From NCBI GenBank assembly GCA_020184695.1, contig JAANOX010000253.1:372001-436000 (forward strand): a stretch of 64,000 nt of DNA, in the 5' to 3' direction. Positions 52,080-64,000 of this stretch are shown here, in pieces (the stretch's first letter is position 1; every line of letters begins with the position of its first letter). Made by a program: the position numbers and the translations under genes. A model generated the notes under the pieces. It did not search any database. It was not told where the DNA came from and saw only the letters and a program-made list of their open reading frames with translations. This DNA is from Histomonas meleagridis 2922-C6/04-290x (lineage: Eukaryota; Protista; Parabasalia).

Positions 52080-52343
52080 ATTATTATGACTCATTATTTG
52101 AATACTAACTATAGTTTCTTTTTGTTCTTTATCTCCATTTTTTACAATACATTTTAATGCAATTACATGTCTTTATTTTGACTAGGGGATTCTAACCAAC
52201 GTTGTGGATGACGAAATGTATAACCATTATTTTTATTTACATTAGTTAAATCTCTTTCATATTCTTCAATATCTAAATTAGTATAATTTTTGTTCTATAG
52301 GTAATTCTGATGCATGAGTAGTAAGTTGCTTTTCAGTTCTCAT
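52080..52343 (-). pseudogene. N-terminal fragment of penton-like protein 2
   Basis: NYTNLDIEEYERDLTNVNKN...WLESPSQNK is identical in translation to parts of 11590-11880. Confidence 0.85.
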
Positions 52344-52360
52344 TTTAATTAGTATAAAAT

Positions 52361-53462
52361 ATGATTGAATCTAATAGAATTGAAACTATACTTAAATCTT
52401 TAATGAATAAAAATAGTGTAGTATATTATAAACATAGTAAAACTTCTGATACCTTATCTAATGGTATTTGTTCATTAACAATTAATAGTGTAGATAAATT
52501 ATTTATAATATTTACTTATGGAAGATGTCATTTAATAATTAATCCTCTAGATTCCAGTATCAAAGGTCTTGTTTTAATAAACGATTATTTAGTAAGTGAT
52601 ATTATTACAGGATCTAATATAATGAATAATGCTTATCTAAATCAAATGTTTAGTAATATTGATAAAGTATTGGACTTATATAAGGAATTTATTAAAATCG
52701 ATCAGGAAAGTAATAGTGTTAAAACATCTGATATGTTAGTAAATAATATTAATGGTTATTCTACAGAGAATTTTGCTTCGAAGAATCATAATCATGATGA
52801 AAGATATTCTTTAATATCACATACACATAACATTATTGATAACGATTTAAATGTTAACGGTAATCTAACTGCTATAAAAATAAATGGATATTATATTTAT
52901 GATAGTTCTGGCGGAGGATCTAATACAGCAATAAATATCCTATGTATAGCTACTATTAAAACAGATGGTGTTATGGAAGTAGGAGAATATATTGATTTTC
53001 ATTATATATATGATTATAATAAAGATAATAATTGGAGAATGAGAGCTTTAACTGATACTATAAGTTTTCAAGCAAAAGGAGGTAAAACAATTAGTTTTAG
53101 CAATGCTGGTAATATAAATTGTAATTCTATTAATAACATATCTACTGATAATATTTTTTTAAACGATCATAACCATGATGATAGATATTCATTATTAAAT
53201 TATACATACTGATTATTTAACAAGTGCAAATTTAGAAAATATCGATAATAAGTTGACAGGAATTATTTCTAATAAAGATTATATCGGAACTAACGAGGAG
53301 GAGGATATTTTTGAAATATATACTGTTATAAATCAAGATTTAAAAGTAAATGGTAATATAGAAGTTGATACTATCAAGAATTTATCTATTAATAATTTTT
53401 CATTAATAAATCATACACATGATCAATATTTAACAAATGATATTTTAATCAATATAAATTAG
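52361..53462 (+). CDS. Short fibre variant (283-aa ORF plus a 3' fragment)
   Basis: Homolog of the copy-B fibre N-terminus, with one GVMEVGEYIDFH module and one EEEDIFEIYT module. Confidence 0.8.
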
Positions 53463-53574
53463 GCTTTAACAGAAATATCATATAATGAATTTAATAAATG
53501 GACTAAGATTGAGAAAGATTTAATAGTAGGTAATGACATCAAATGTAGAATTATGTCAGCAAGTCGTAATATCA

Positions 53575-53680
53575 ATACACACACAGGGGAGATTTCACTT
53601 CGTTTCACTCCCCCACTTCGCTTCGCTCGGTGTGTGTTATATCGCCTTCGGCTCAAGCTTCACTCACTACGTGCGCTCAG
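53575..53680. other. GC-rich branched hairpin downstream of the fibre gene
   Basis: acacacac-ggggag...ctcccc...gtgtgtgt with repeated cttcg loops. Confidence 0.6.
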
Positions 53681-53792
53681 TAAAATATAAAAAAGTCAAC
53701 TTTTTTAAATATATATCCTAACATAATGATAATAATAATATATAATGAATGAATATTGTAGAAATACTATAAAATTGATGAAAATTATAATA

Positions 53793-54405
53793 TGTCCTGC
53801 ATGTCCATGATGTCCACGGTTGTCCTAGGACATTTAACTACTTATAAAACTTACCCGCAACACGCAATTTCGCAACAATTATAAAATTACATAAAAACAT
53901 CGTGTCTGTAATTTTTTTCATATTTTTAAGTTCGCAACAATGATATATTCCTAACGTTATAATATTGTATATACTATATTATTGCGTAGTAAATTATTTT
54001 AATAATACCTATTTAGAAAGGACATATTCGGAAAAAAAAAAAAAAAAAAATATATTTCAACATAATGATTGTATATATGCTCTTTTGCGTAATAATTATA
54101 TTATAGTTTTTATATCTCATCTAGGACATATAATTAACAATAATATATATTGTTGAAATATAAATTGTTGAGAAATATAATCGTTGAAATAAATTGTTTG
54201 TGAAATAAATATTTTTAACAGAATAATAATAATAATATTGTCCGTCTTTGTCCTTTATAAATAGGTATTATTAAAAAAATATTTTTTTATAAGCAAATAA
54301 GCATTTATTGTATAATAATTGTTGCATAATTGCGTGTTGTGGGTGAGTTTTTAGGAGAAGTTAAATGTCATAGGACGACCGTGGACATCCAGGACGTTGT
54401 GGACA
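53793..54405. repeat. Nested imperfect inverted repeat (outer ~97 bp, inner 28 bp) with TGTCC/GGACA iterons
   Basis: 53793-53890 versus 54310-54405; 53997-54024 versus 54249-54276 (1 mismatch). Confidence 0.9.
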
Positions 54406-55149
54406 AACAAGAGTTTTAATCAAATTTATCGTAATTATACATTATTCATTTTTATAGATAAATTATACAAAGATTATCGTAATTTAAACATCATTAAAAA
54501 TAACTATATTTTCAACAAATTTATCGTTCAAAAATAATTCTGAACAGTTGCACTTTTGAACGCCAATTTATTGGCTTGAATTCTTCATATGAACTAAAAT
54601 AATAGTTTTAATAAATTATAACTATATAATGCTTTTACATATCAAACTTTACATGCTTATCTTTATCAATTACTTTTTGATTTGAATTTTTATTGGGACT
54701 TTCAATATTTGATATATCATCTGAAATACAAAAACATTCATTTAGATCATTAATTTTAGATTTGATCTTATCACATTTTTCTGTTAGTTTATTTTTGATT
54801 CATTTGATTATTTCATTCTTAGCATTCATATAACTTATTATTAACTTCAGAAGATGATATATTAGTAAGCTTTTTTTGATTTTTTAGCAAGCATATTATT
54901 AATAAATTTAAGATTTAAAGCATTTAATATATTAAGTTTATCATCGTAAAACTTAACATTAACAAAGATAACACATTGTTTGATAGCTGTTCTAGTCTTT
55001 TTACCTATTTTCGTTAATATATTATGAGAATATTTAATATTAACAACTTTATATTTATCGTTATATTCAGATTTAATATACTCTTCAAATGATTCCATAT
55101 TCATATATAAAAAAACATATTATTATATATAATAAAAAAGCATTTTATT

Positions 55150-55620
55150 TTTTCTCAATACTTTTTGGTAAAGTTAAGGTAATTCTTCTAGCTTTCATAT
55201 ATATATTATTGAATCTGGTGTGTTGATCTTTGATTTTATGATATTCATTCCACATCTTATCAACATTAAAATAACTAGGAGGACTATTTTTCATTAACTC
55301 ATAAAAACATTCTTTTGATATGCCTGGAAATAATATTATATCACTTAATGTTCTTTTTAGATCTTTAGGTATAGATTTTACAGTTTGAACACATATAACA
55401 ATTAATTCAAAAAATGGTTCATTAAATATAACTTCCTGATATGCAGATAATTTTTAATAGGAGCTATAAAAGCACATATACCATATCGAGATAAAAGGTA
55501 TTCCTCATGAATAGGTCTAATTAAAGCATTATTTAATACATCCTTATATAATTTTACTTATATTATTAGAGTTATCATCAATCTCTTTAAATTTACTATC
55601 TTTATTTATCATAAATACTT
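55150..55620 (-). pseudogene. A32-like (FtsK/HerA) packaging ATPase, C-terminal remnant
   Basis: IVICVQTVKSIPKDLKRTLSDIII-FPGIS fits the sensor-Q and Arg-finger region; Walker A is not recognisable. Confidence 0.55.
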
Positions 55621-55679
55621 TTAAATAAAAATAAAATATATAACATTATTGAATATTTTTCATTCATTTCTGACATACC

Positions 55680-56080
55680 ACTTATTCTTATTGTGGTATA
55701 CATTTGATATAATAAATATATTTCATGTAAGTTAGCGTTTACCAATATTAATTTAAAATGAGATAAATCATTAGTATTCATTTCTACTGCAAAATCTGCA
55801 TTATTAACTATTATAGAATAATTAGCACTGAAACTATTATTTACTCTTAATATTATTTTCGATATATTAAGATTATTATTTAAATTTCTATAACTACTTT
55901 TTCCTAAGTTTGATACTATATATAATATTGGTGTTGAAAGATAGTTTCCTACTGATTTTGCTGAAATTTCGTATTTATTATTTTCATTATTATAACTAGC
56001 AGGTAATGGTAGTATTTGATCATATAAACCTGATAATTGAAATATATTATAACTATAACTATTAATAATAAATTGATTAT
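55680..56080 (-). pseudogene. Minor capsid protein, C-terminal fragment
   Basis: AKSVGNYLSTPILYIVSNLGKSSYRN...NNSFSANY...DFAVEMNTNDLSH matches 15590-15880. Confidence 0.8.
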
Positions 56081-56255
56081 TAATTTTCTAGTAGGTGGAC
56101 TAGGGAGATTTATATCAATTCTATTATAATGTTCATAATCATATGCTAATATCGTATAATCAATGCCCTCGTGTAGTATCTTATATAAAGTTGAAATATA
56201 CTATCTTTGATTTACATAAAATTCATAAATTTTATTTTTATTTTTAATAAATATA

Positions 56256-56710
56256 ATGCCAAAGAGATTAAATACTAAAACAGTTAAAAATCTATATAAT
56301 AAATATGGATATACTCTACCAGATAATTTTGAACATATAAATACTACTATCAAATATAAAGTATTTGATGAAAGAAATAATAAGTATACTAAATTATCGT
56401 ATAATCAGCTACAATATAAAATTAAGAAAGGTTTATCAGAATATGATTCATTTGATGATTATTATAATATGGCTTTTATCAGATAAAGAATTTGCAGAGA
56501 AACCTGTTGGAAAAAATAAATCTATTAATGATATAACTAAAGATTTAATAAATAAATTATTATTACAAAAAGATTTTACTTATAATAATATTAATAAATA
56601 ACATAACATTATATTATATGCTTTAATGTATGCTATTAAATCAGTTGGTGCTAAGATCAATAAAGATATTAGAATGACAATAATTGGTGATGATAATAAT
56701 ATATCTTACT
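56256..56710 (+). pseudogene. PolB N-terminal fragment (copy-B subtype)
   Basis: MPKRLNTKTVKNLYNKYGYTLPDNFEHINT...QKDFTYNN...AVGAKINKDIRMT matches 14204-14701. Confidence 0.8.
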
Positions 56711-56718
56711 ATCATGCC

Positions 56719-56976
56719 TCATGAAATTTTGTTCATGCATTTTAAGATTCTTGAATTTTTGTCAAATTCTTTTGGCAAATCCTCTCCTTCAGCAACAGTA
56801 ATCTCGCAATTGCAGGCATTTACTACAAGTATAATTCTTCCTTTTGCAGTATTTGGTATTGGCTCGTAAATCTTAACATTTATTCCATAATAGACATCAA
56901 ATAATAATTCTAAATTAAACCTTTTGGCTTTTTTAAACATTTCAGGACGTACAGCAATGACATATTTATTACACAA
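56719..56976 (-). CDS. Hypothetical protein (85 aa; possibly the 3' part of a longer gene)
   Basis: Open ORF with ordinary amino-acid composition; no family recognised. Confidence 0.4.
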   Translation of the reverse strand: MCNKYVIAVRPEMFKKAKRFNLELLFDVYYGINVKIYEPIPNTAKGRIILVVNACNCEITVAEGEDLPKEFDKNSRILKCMNKIS

Positions 56977-57132
56977 TCATTAATGTAAAAATAAATATTT
57001 TCTATAAACGGTGATTGTTTTGTGGTTATCTTCTTATTTGATTACAGATGTTTGATAATATCGAAAATATTTAAAGGAATCATAGATACTTCCATTAAAT
57101 AACAGTAAAAAAGATTTTTTATCTCTTGAAAA

Positions 57133-57699
57133 ATGTCAGTTCCTAAAAGTAGTGTTTTATTTTGCAATCGAGGATTCCTTGCAAGAGTCGGAACAAATTT
57201 AAATTCTCCGAAACTAGATCAAAGCCAAAACGTTAATGTTGTGGTCGATTGGTATTAAAGGATTGCGGTTTATCCTGATGTTAATTCGACAGAATCGGAT
57301 GTTAAAGAACGCTCGATTTAAACAGCAAATGAAACTTTAACTAATTATGAACAAATAATACACCACCAAGACTTATCAATTCAAGCGTTGGTGTTATGTT
57401 TAGATATGGTAGAAAATAATCCTTTGATTGTAAATAAATATGTCATAGCAGAGGAAGACGAATTAATCGAACTTATTCAATTATTGTGTGATACTCAAAA
57501 AGTGGAGTTAATGATAGCAGACACAGACGCTGGATGTTGTAAAAGCTCAACGTTAGATTATGTATCAAAAATTTATGTTAAAAAAGACGGCAATACTTAT
57601 AATTTGAAATATAATTACTCTAATGTTTGTGAGTATTTGAGTGATAGAAAAATATACACAAAATTTGTTAAGAGTTCAGGAAAAATAAGTTATAAATAA
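57133..57699 (+). pseudogene. Conserved element protein Y
   Basis: Homologous to 50036-50635. Confidence 0.8.
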
Positions 57700-57704
57700 A
57701 ATAA

Positions 57705-58300
57705 TCGAATCCATAAATTCTTTTGAATTTTGCATTACATATCGCGAGTTGTTCATTATTATTTATGTCTCTGCACCAAACTAAAGCATAGCCGCGCTGA
57801 TTGTGACATACGTTCAATTTTCTCAATTCAATTTCATTTCAAAAGTATAACGAATTTGTTTTATCGTCATAGTAATAATCCTCTAACTGATGACCGGCAT
57901 ATTCTTTTATTTCAATTGAATTTTCATTAATTTCATCATAAAATTCATAATCTTTTCCAAGGTGTGATGATTTATTCTTTGAATTTTCTGACGAGGAAAC
58001 CCACCGAAGATTATTAATGCGAAAATCTGTTCTGTCATGATTAATGTGATCAATTTCTGTTTTATTATCAGGATTTGGTATAAATTGTAATGCTATTATT
58101 CTATGTTTGAGATATTTTCTGTCGTTCAAGCGATATTGAACGTATCCGCCTCGTGTTTCATCGACATGTTCGCTAATGATTCTTTTATCTGATTTTCTAC
58201 TTATTTGAAAAGGAAATTTTGTAAAAATTATGTAATCGCAATCGCAAACACAAATAATCCAACTCATACTGTTTTATTAAAATTGAAATAAATTCCCTTA
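57705..58300 (-). pseudogene. HNH endonuclease, frameshifted
   Basis: KHRIIALQFIPNPDNKTEIDHINHDRTDFRINNLRWVSSSENSKN. Confidence 0.9.
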
Positions 58301-58375
58301 AAATTAAGCTTAATTTTTATTATGTCATATCAACCGAATATAAATTTCATTTTTAACTCATACTCATTAATTTTT

Positions 58376-60652
58376 TTATCGGATTACTTGAATTTTCACA
58401 GTATTCTTTAATTTTTGGCGTGCAATAATAATAATAACTTTCTTCTCCATGCTAACCGATCCAATTTTCAGGAGATTTAAAGTATACCTCGGTGAAAACA
58501 TGTTCAATCTTGAATTTGCCGAGTTCATGAACACTTGGTCATGACCAATAAATCCTTTATCTTTCGATACCATAAAATCTTACTCTGATATTAACGCAGA
58601 ATCAATGTTTGAATAATAAACTAACGAGATTCCTTATTAAATTCATTTTTTCATTAAATTTATCTAAAACACTTTTCGCAAATTGAGGATAAGTGAAATT
58701 TTCGACGTAAGGATTCAGGGTATCGACAAATCCTGAAATTCCGTCTGAATTGTACGTGTATTTTAATACATAAGGCGCGAATTCATCAATATACTTATTA
58801 ACGTTATTTACAAATTTATGTTTTATAACTTTTGGCTATTGTATTGAAAAACCAAAACATGAATTCATCATGAATTTCAGTGTTATTAACAATTTATCTT
58901 TTCCCGATAATTTGGCTTTCATTCTTGCTTTATATAATTTTTCTATTGACTTATTAATCTTGGTGTTTTTTTCTTTGAAGTTTCCGTCGGCGTCATGTAA
59001 TCCAGCAGGAATTGATTGAACACTTGATATATACGCTCCGCATTTGTCGATATAATAAAGTTTTTGTTTCGAATAAATATTTCTCCAAATAATTTTCGGT
59101 GTTTGAATTTCAGATATTATTTCATCTGTGCAATCTCTCCGGAAAATGAATATACATTATCAATACATCCGAATTCAAACATTATCTTTTGCATCAGCTC
59201 AGAGAATTTATAATATCTTGATACATTAATTCTTTTACTTAATTTCAACGAATCAATAACTTCGTGAAGTTCTTTTAATGTCTCCGGGATAATTTATTTA
59301 TCCGGACAGTATCCGAAGAAACTTTTTGTTTAATTAACTTATTTATAATATAATGATGTAGGTTTTTTATCAGCAACAAATATTTTTCTATAAAGATAAT
59401 ATGTTTTGACGTTTGATTTCATATAACTCCATGAAAGCTTATTTATCGTTTGTTGATTAATTGGAATTAATAAATTATTTTCGATCATTATATATATTGA
59501 ACTATTTATACCCCAACATTTTTTAAAGAAAGAATATATTTTGTTGTCGAATTTAAATAACATCATTTATCTGTTATGATTTCTAAATCTCAAATCAGCA
59601 TTTATATTTTCATTATCCTTTATATTACATTCCGATACATTATTTTTAAAATTCGGCATATGATGGTCGTCTATAATTATTAGTTTTATTTCTCTGTTGT
59701 AATTCTCACCAAATATCTTGACACGCGTATGTTTTGTTTCGAAATTAAATATTTTGACTTCACTTTTGATTTTTAATATATCAGAAATTCTTTTTAACTC
59801 ACTTCTTGGAACCGTTCGAGTTCGAATAAAACTCTTCAACATTTTTAATTTATCTTATTTCGATGCTTCCGATACAATAAATGCTCGAATTAAACATGAT
59901 TCATTTATATTAGAATCATTAACGTCTGTAAATATTCCAAATTTTCTTAAATTAATATCTGACGTGTTGATGTAAGGAAAGAATCCTGAATTTATTCTCT
60001 TACCTATATTGAAATCTTTAAAATCAGAACAAATGGTTTCAATGAATAACATATATTCCAACACAACATCGTTTGTATCACCAATCACTCTATCATTATT
60101 CAAGCCAGCACGTATAAATTCAACTGTATTTTTATTTGCATGTGAATATTGTTCTCTTCCATCTTCATCAATTAAAGTTAATTTTATATTTTTATATATT
60201 TTATATGCTGCTGTTTCAATCGCGTACATCAAAGCAGAAAGAAATGTATCAATACTTCCTTTATTTTCAAATGTAAAATCTTTTTGTTTCATTAAATTTT
60301 TAATTATTTTATTTGTTACATTATATACTTCACGTTTAAAATCTTCCGATTCATTTTTGAAAAATTCATGTTTTTTTTTACTGAAACGTACAAATGAATG
60401 TTTATTTTTGAACTCATTATCACTTAATGGAAGATTCATTAAATTATTAATTTCCTCGGTGATGTATTCTGCTCTTCCTTTTGATATTATATATTTTAAC
60501 TGATTACCACTTAATCTTACATAATTTCGATATTGTTCGTCATAAACTTCAAGTGGTGTTGAAGTATTTATATAAACGAAATTTTTCGGTAAAGTGTATC
60601 CGTATTTTTCAAATAAACTTCTAACTGTTCTTTTGCTCGATCTTTTTGGCAT
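58376..60652 (-). pseudogene. polB: Compact family-B DNA polymerase, fragmented
   Basis: YYIDKCGAYISS, LKFMMNSCFG, YPQFA, YYSNIDS, LGKFKIE; N-terminal NESCLI...DDHHM. Confidence 0.82.
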
Positions 60653-60706
60653 TTTATCGAAAATATAAAAATATATTTTTTTGATACTACTAAGTTTAAT
60701 TTTTTT

Positions 60707-61245
60707 TTAAATTAATTTTTTATACTGCTCTTTAGTAAGAAATATATGATTATTTTGTAAAGCACAAACTATTCCTTGATTTATTGCATCAGCTATATCA
60801 TCTTGCTTTTCATATTTTTCTAAATTATCTGGCATTTGAGATGAACTCCAAGAACTAAAATATTTTTCCTCAACATTATTTAAAAAGTTTCTTGCAATAT
60901 TAACGCTCAATTTCTTATGAGCTTTATTTTTGGTGTTATATTCTAAACCTAAATATAAATTTTTTTTTTTTTGGTTCAAATAAATGAACATTAGCTCTGA
61001 AGGCTAGTGAAATAGTAATGATACTATACATTAATTCCATGGCAATGATATTTCTGGGAATTGTTTTTCAATTACTACTGTATCAATATTATTATTTCTT
61101 ATAATATTGCCAATATATTGATTAATCTGCATTTCTCGATAGCATTTTTGGCTTTTGATATATCGATAACGTCAAAAGTAATAGCCGGAAAAGTAATGGC
61201 GTAAGCAAGATTTTTAATTCCAATATCGATTGACAATATCGGCAT
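60707..61245 (-). pseudogene. Poxvirus A22-like RuvC Holliday-junction resolvase, frameshifted
   Basis: MPILSIDIGIKNLAY, TVVIEKQF and KQDDIADA give the full D-E-D-D acidic set. Confidence 0.88.
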
Positions 61246-61259
61246 TGTTATAAGTATAA

Positions 61260-62209
61260 GACGAATAAATTTTTCATTTCATTTTTGTGACCTTCCAATT
61301 TTTTGTTTCCTCAAGCATTCCTTTTATCTCATCTTTCCGAATCATGCACTTCTAGACAGATTTCCACATTTTAACGATTGACATAACAGGAATTCTTTCT
61401 TTGTTTGGGAAATATTCCTCAACGAATAAATTGTTATTATCTGATTCTTCAATTTCTTTTTAAATTCTTTTAATTTCATCTCGCAATCTTTCTTCCTCTT
61501 CTTTTCTTATATCTTCTATATCTCCAATGGAATATTCATATTCTTTCATCATTTTTTCGCACTTTGCACACTTCAGTGAGTGATATTTAGCATTAAATTT
61601 ATGAACCTCAGCCGAAAAATTCATTGAAGCTTCAATGACTTTATCAACATTATACATTTCACTATTATACTCATTTAATTCTTTTCCGCGTAAATCTTTG
61701 TTTTTAATCCTCCAGCAATACTCAGCTAATAATCTATAAAAATCATCAATTATCTTTAATTCAGACCTTTTACGTAATTTTAAGGCGTCAGAATTATATG
61801 TTAATGCTTTACTTTCAAGTATTATTGAGTGATTGCAAGAAAAGGTTTGTGTTTTTCTGTTAATTTTTCTAATTAATGCTTTTATTTCTGTCGAATCGCT
61901 TTTTTCAATTTCAATTTTTGGGAAACTTTTAACAGAAACATCAATCGTTAATTCTGGTATATTTACTGCTGTAATATATTTTGCGAATTCTAAAATTTGC
62001 TCTAAATATTGTTGATTTCTTTCTAATTTAACTTCAACGGGAAGCTGATGATTCAAAATTTTATTTTTATATTCTTTAATAGTATTTGTATAATTATTAA
62101 CTGAATCATCAATTTTATTTTCAACTTTAATATTATTTAATTTAATCAAACATAAAGCAGACGTCTGATTTTCTGAGACGAAAGCCGAACAAGAATTTTT
62201 CATTAACAT
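61260..62209 (-). CDS. Hypothetical helical protein with a CxxC motif (ORF 61460-62209 plus a frameshifted tail)
   Basis: Long open frame; CAKC near the C-terminus; no family recognised. Confidence 0.5.
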
Positions 62210-62679
62210 TTTTATTATGAATATTAAATAAATTAATTTTTTAAAAATTGACATTATTTTTTTAAAGTTAATTTTTATTTTTTTTATTTTTTTATTTTAT
62301 ATAAAATGGAAAGATTTTTTGATATAAAGAAAATTGACGAAAACATTGATAAATAAATAGAAACAGCAAAAATTCATTTAAATGAATTATTCATTCAGTT
62401 ACTGATTACTTTCATTGTAGTAAATGATTCAATAGAAACATCACCGTTAGATATTTGTAAACAATATTTAAAATTTATCGAACCGAAGAATAAAAGAAGT
62501 AAAAAGAATAAAAATATTATCGCAGAACAACATATAAAAATAAATGAGGTGTTAGTTTATGTGAATGAATCATTAAAAAGTATTCGTGATATTATTGCCG
62601 AAACGGCATAAAATGCCTTGAGGCTCTAAGAGCTGAATACAGCTAACAGAGAATCAGATATAATTGCAGTGACTTTTCC

Positions 62680-64000
62680 AATAATCATATTATTTATTTT
62701 TGTCTATAATGGCGTATCGTCATATAATACAGTCCCATCATATAAAATAGTATCACCAATATTATATTTTGATGAATCATTAACTTTAAAATAATAATCT
62801 CCGTGAGTTGCAAAATCAATTGTATCTTGATTAATGGATATATCTTGTTTAATTATATCTCCTATTTGAAAAATTTCTCCAGCTGTATGTATTTCTGTAC
62901 AAATTCCAATAAATTCTTTATAAGAACCATTGCCTTTTACAGACGGAATACAATTAGTAGAATCAGTAACTGAAGTATAATTATATGAATCATTTAATTT
63001 ATATACGTTACCTGTAATAAATACAGGACAACCGATATTGAAATCATTTAATGTTAATGTATCGTCTATTGGCGCGTTATGCACAATAGTTTTATTTATC
63101 TGTCCTCCACCATTTGCTGATATAATTGCTTTTCTGTATATATCATCTGACACATGCCAAAATCTTAATTCATTTTGATAAGAAGCTATACGCCAATTAT
63201 ATGTTCCTGGTGCTTCTGTTGATTGGTCGTGATATACAAAATATAAAAATCTTCCTGTTCTTAATACTGCATTTTGATATAAAACTATATCATTAGGTTC
63301 ATGAGTATGAGAAGAGAATGTAAATGTTGATGGTTTATCTGTAATATCATTATAACTATAAGTATGTCCATTTAATGAAAAGATACTTACATTAATATAA
63401 TTAATAGAATTACAATATATGTTACCATCATTTCCATTGAAACTGATAACATCATCATTATTATCAAGTTTACCGAAATACATAACATTGTCGGCAGTTC
63501 TTATTCTTCAGCTATAATCACTATTATCATTATTATCATGAAGATCTATGTATTGTCCTTTTTCCATAACACTATCACTCTTAATAGTAGCTATACAAGG
63601 TAAAGAATTTAAATGATTTCCTTCTGAAAAACCATTATTTATATAATAATTGTTAATCTTACCATTAATAGTGATGTCGTTGTTAATTTCGGTATGAGTA
63701 TGAGAACTTGGCATAAAAGTAGTTGGTTTGTTAATAATATCATTATAATCAGGTTTGTTAATACATAAATTATCAACAGTTTTATCTATATAAAATTCTT
63801 TTATTTCTGGGACTGATAAATCTGTTCTTTGAGAAATACTTATGAAAAATTTATTTTCTGCATGTGATAAAGCTGTTTGTTGCCACTCATTATTAGATAT
63901 ATTTATTGTTTGGAAATTCAAATAATTGTAAGTATGAACATGACTTGTTAAAGAATATCTGCCATCATGATTATGTGTTGTTAATGAGTATTCATCATGA
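62680..64000 (-). pseudogene. Fibre protein, C-terminal portion (in-frame TGA at 63508; continues off window)
   Basis: Collinear with 7700-9000, with long near-identical stretches. Confidence 0.85.

Larger units (their letters stand above)
50036..53680 (-). mobile_element. Element copy C (inverted; large internal deletion)
   Basis: Y gene, MCP C-terminus fused to the penton-like 2 N-terminus, short fibre and GC hairpin. Confidence 0.8.
56719..64000 (-). mobile_element. Element copy D (different gene order; runs off window end)
   Basis: Y, HNH, PolB, RuvC, hypothetical ORFs and fibre. Confidence 0.8.

Noticed and set aside
53459-53656. Arg-rich ORF (MSRRRYNTHRAKRSGG) as a viral core protein
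   Set aside because: It is a by-product of the GC hairpin sequence and is not conserved at the equivalent copy-B site.

Overview
Very AT-rich eukaryotic DNA, probably from a parabasalid (Trichomonas/Tritrichomonas-like). This is inferred from TCA(C/T)(T/C)TCATT Inr-like motifs before host ATGs, trichomonad-type R2R3 Myb, atypical E2F and ankyrin sequences. Both ends of the window (about 1-20.7 kb and 50-64 kb) are a nested cluster of at least five partial copies of one family of Maverick/Polinton-like endogenous DNA viruses. Their combined genes are: rve integrase with a D-D(35)-D triad, putative major capsid protein (MCP), two penton-like genes, A32-like ATPase remnant, amphipathic pVI-like protein, a ~1300-aa modular His-x-His fibre resembling phage tail fibres, an unusually small family-B polymerase (no recognisable exonuclease, no TPR1) with an N-terminal Cys/His OTU-like region, HNH endonuclease and a poxvirus-A22-like RuvC resolvase. 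Copies are separated by long inverted repeats, GC-rich hairpins and a (TTAG)150 expansion. The middle (20.7-50 kb) is host DNA with mostly broken genes: Brr2/ASCC3-like helicase, four Rei1/ZNF622-like copies, AP sigma, GT47, GT31, HtrL-like and C2. It also holds intact E2F and Myb ORFs, a Merlin/IS1595-type transposase, a Tc1-like miniature element, an 8-bp satellite and a ~2.1-kb inverted duplication. All protein assignments come from motif recognition by eye, with no database search. Many frameshifts fall in homopolymers and could be assembly errors. Boundaries of degenerate features are approximate.
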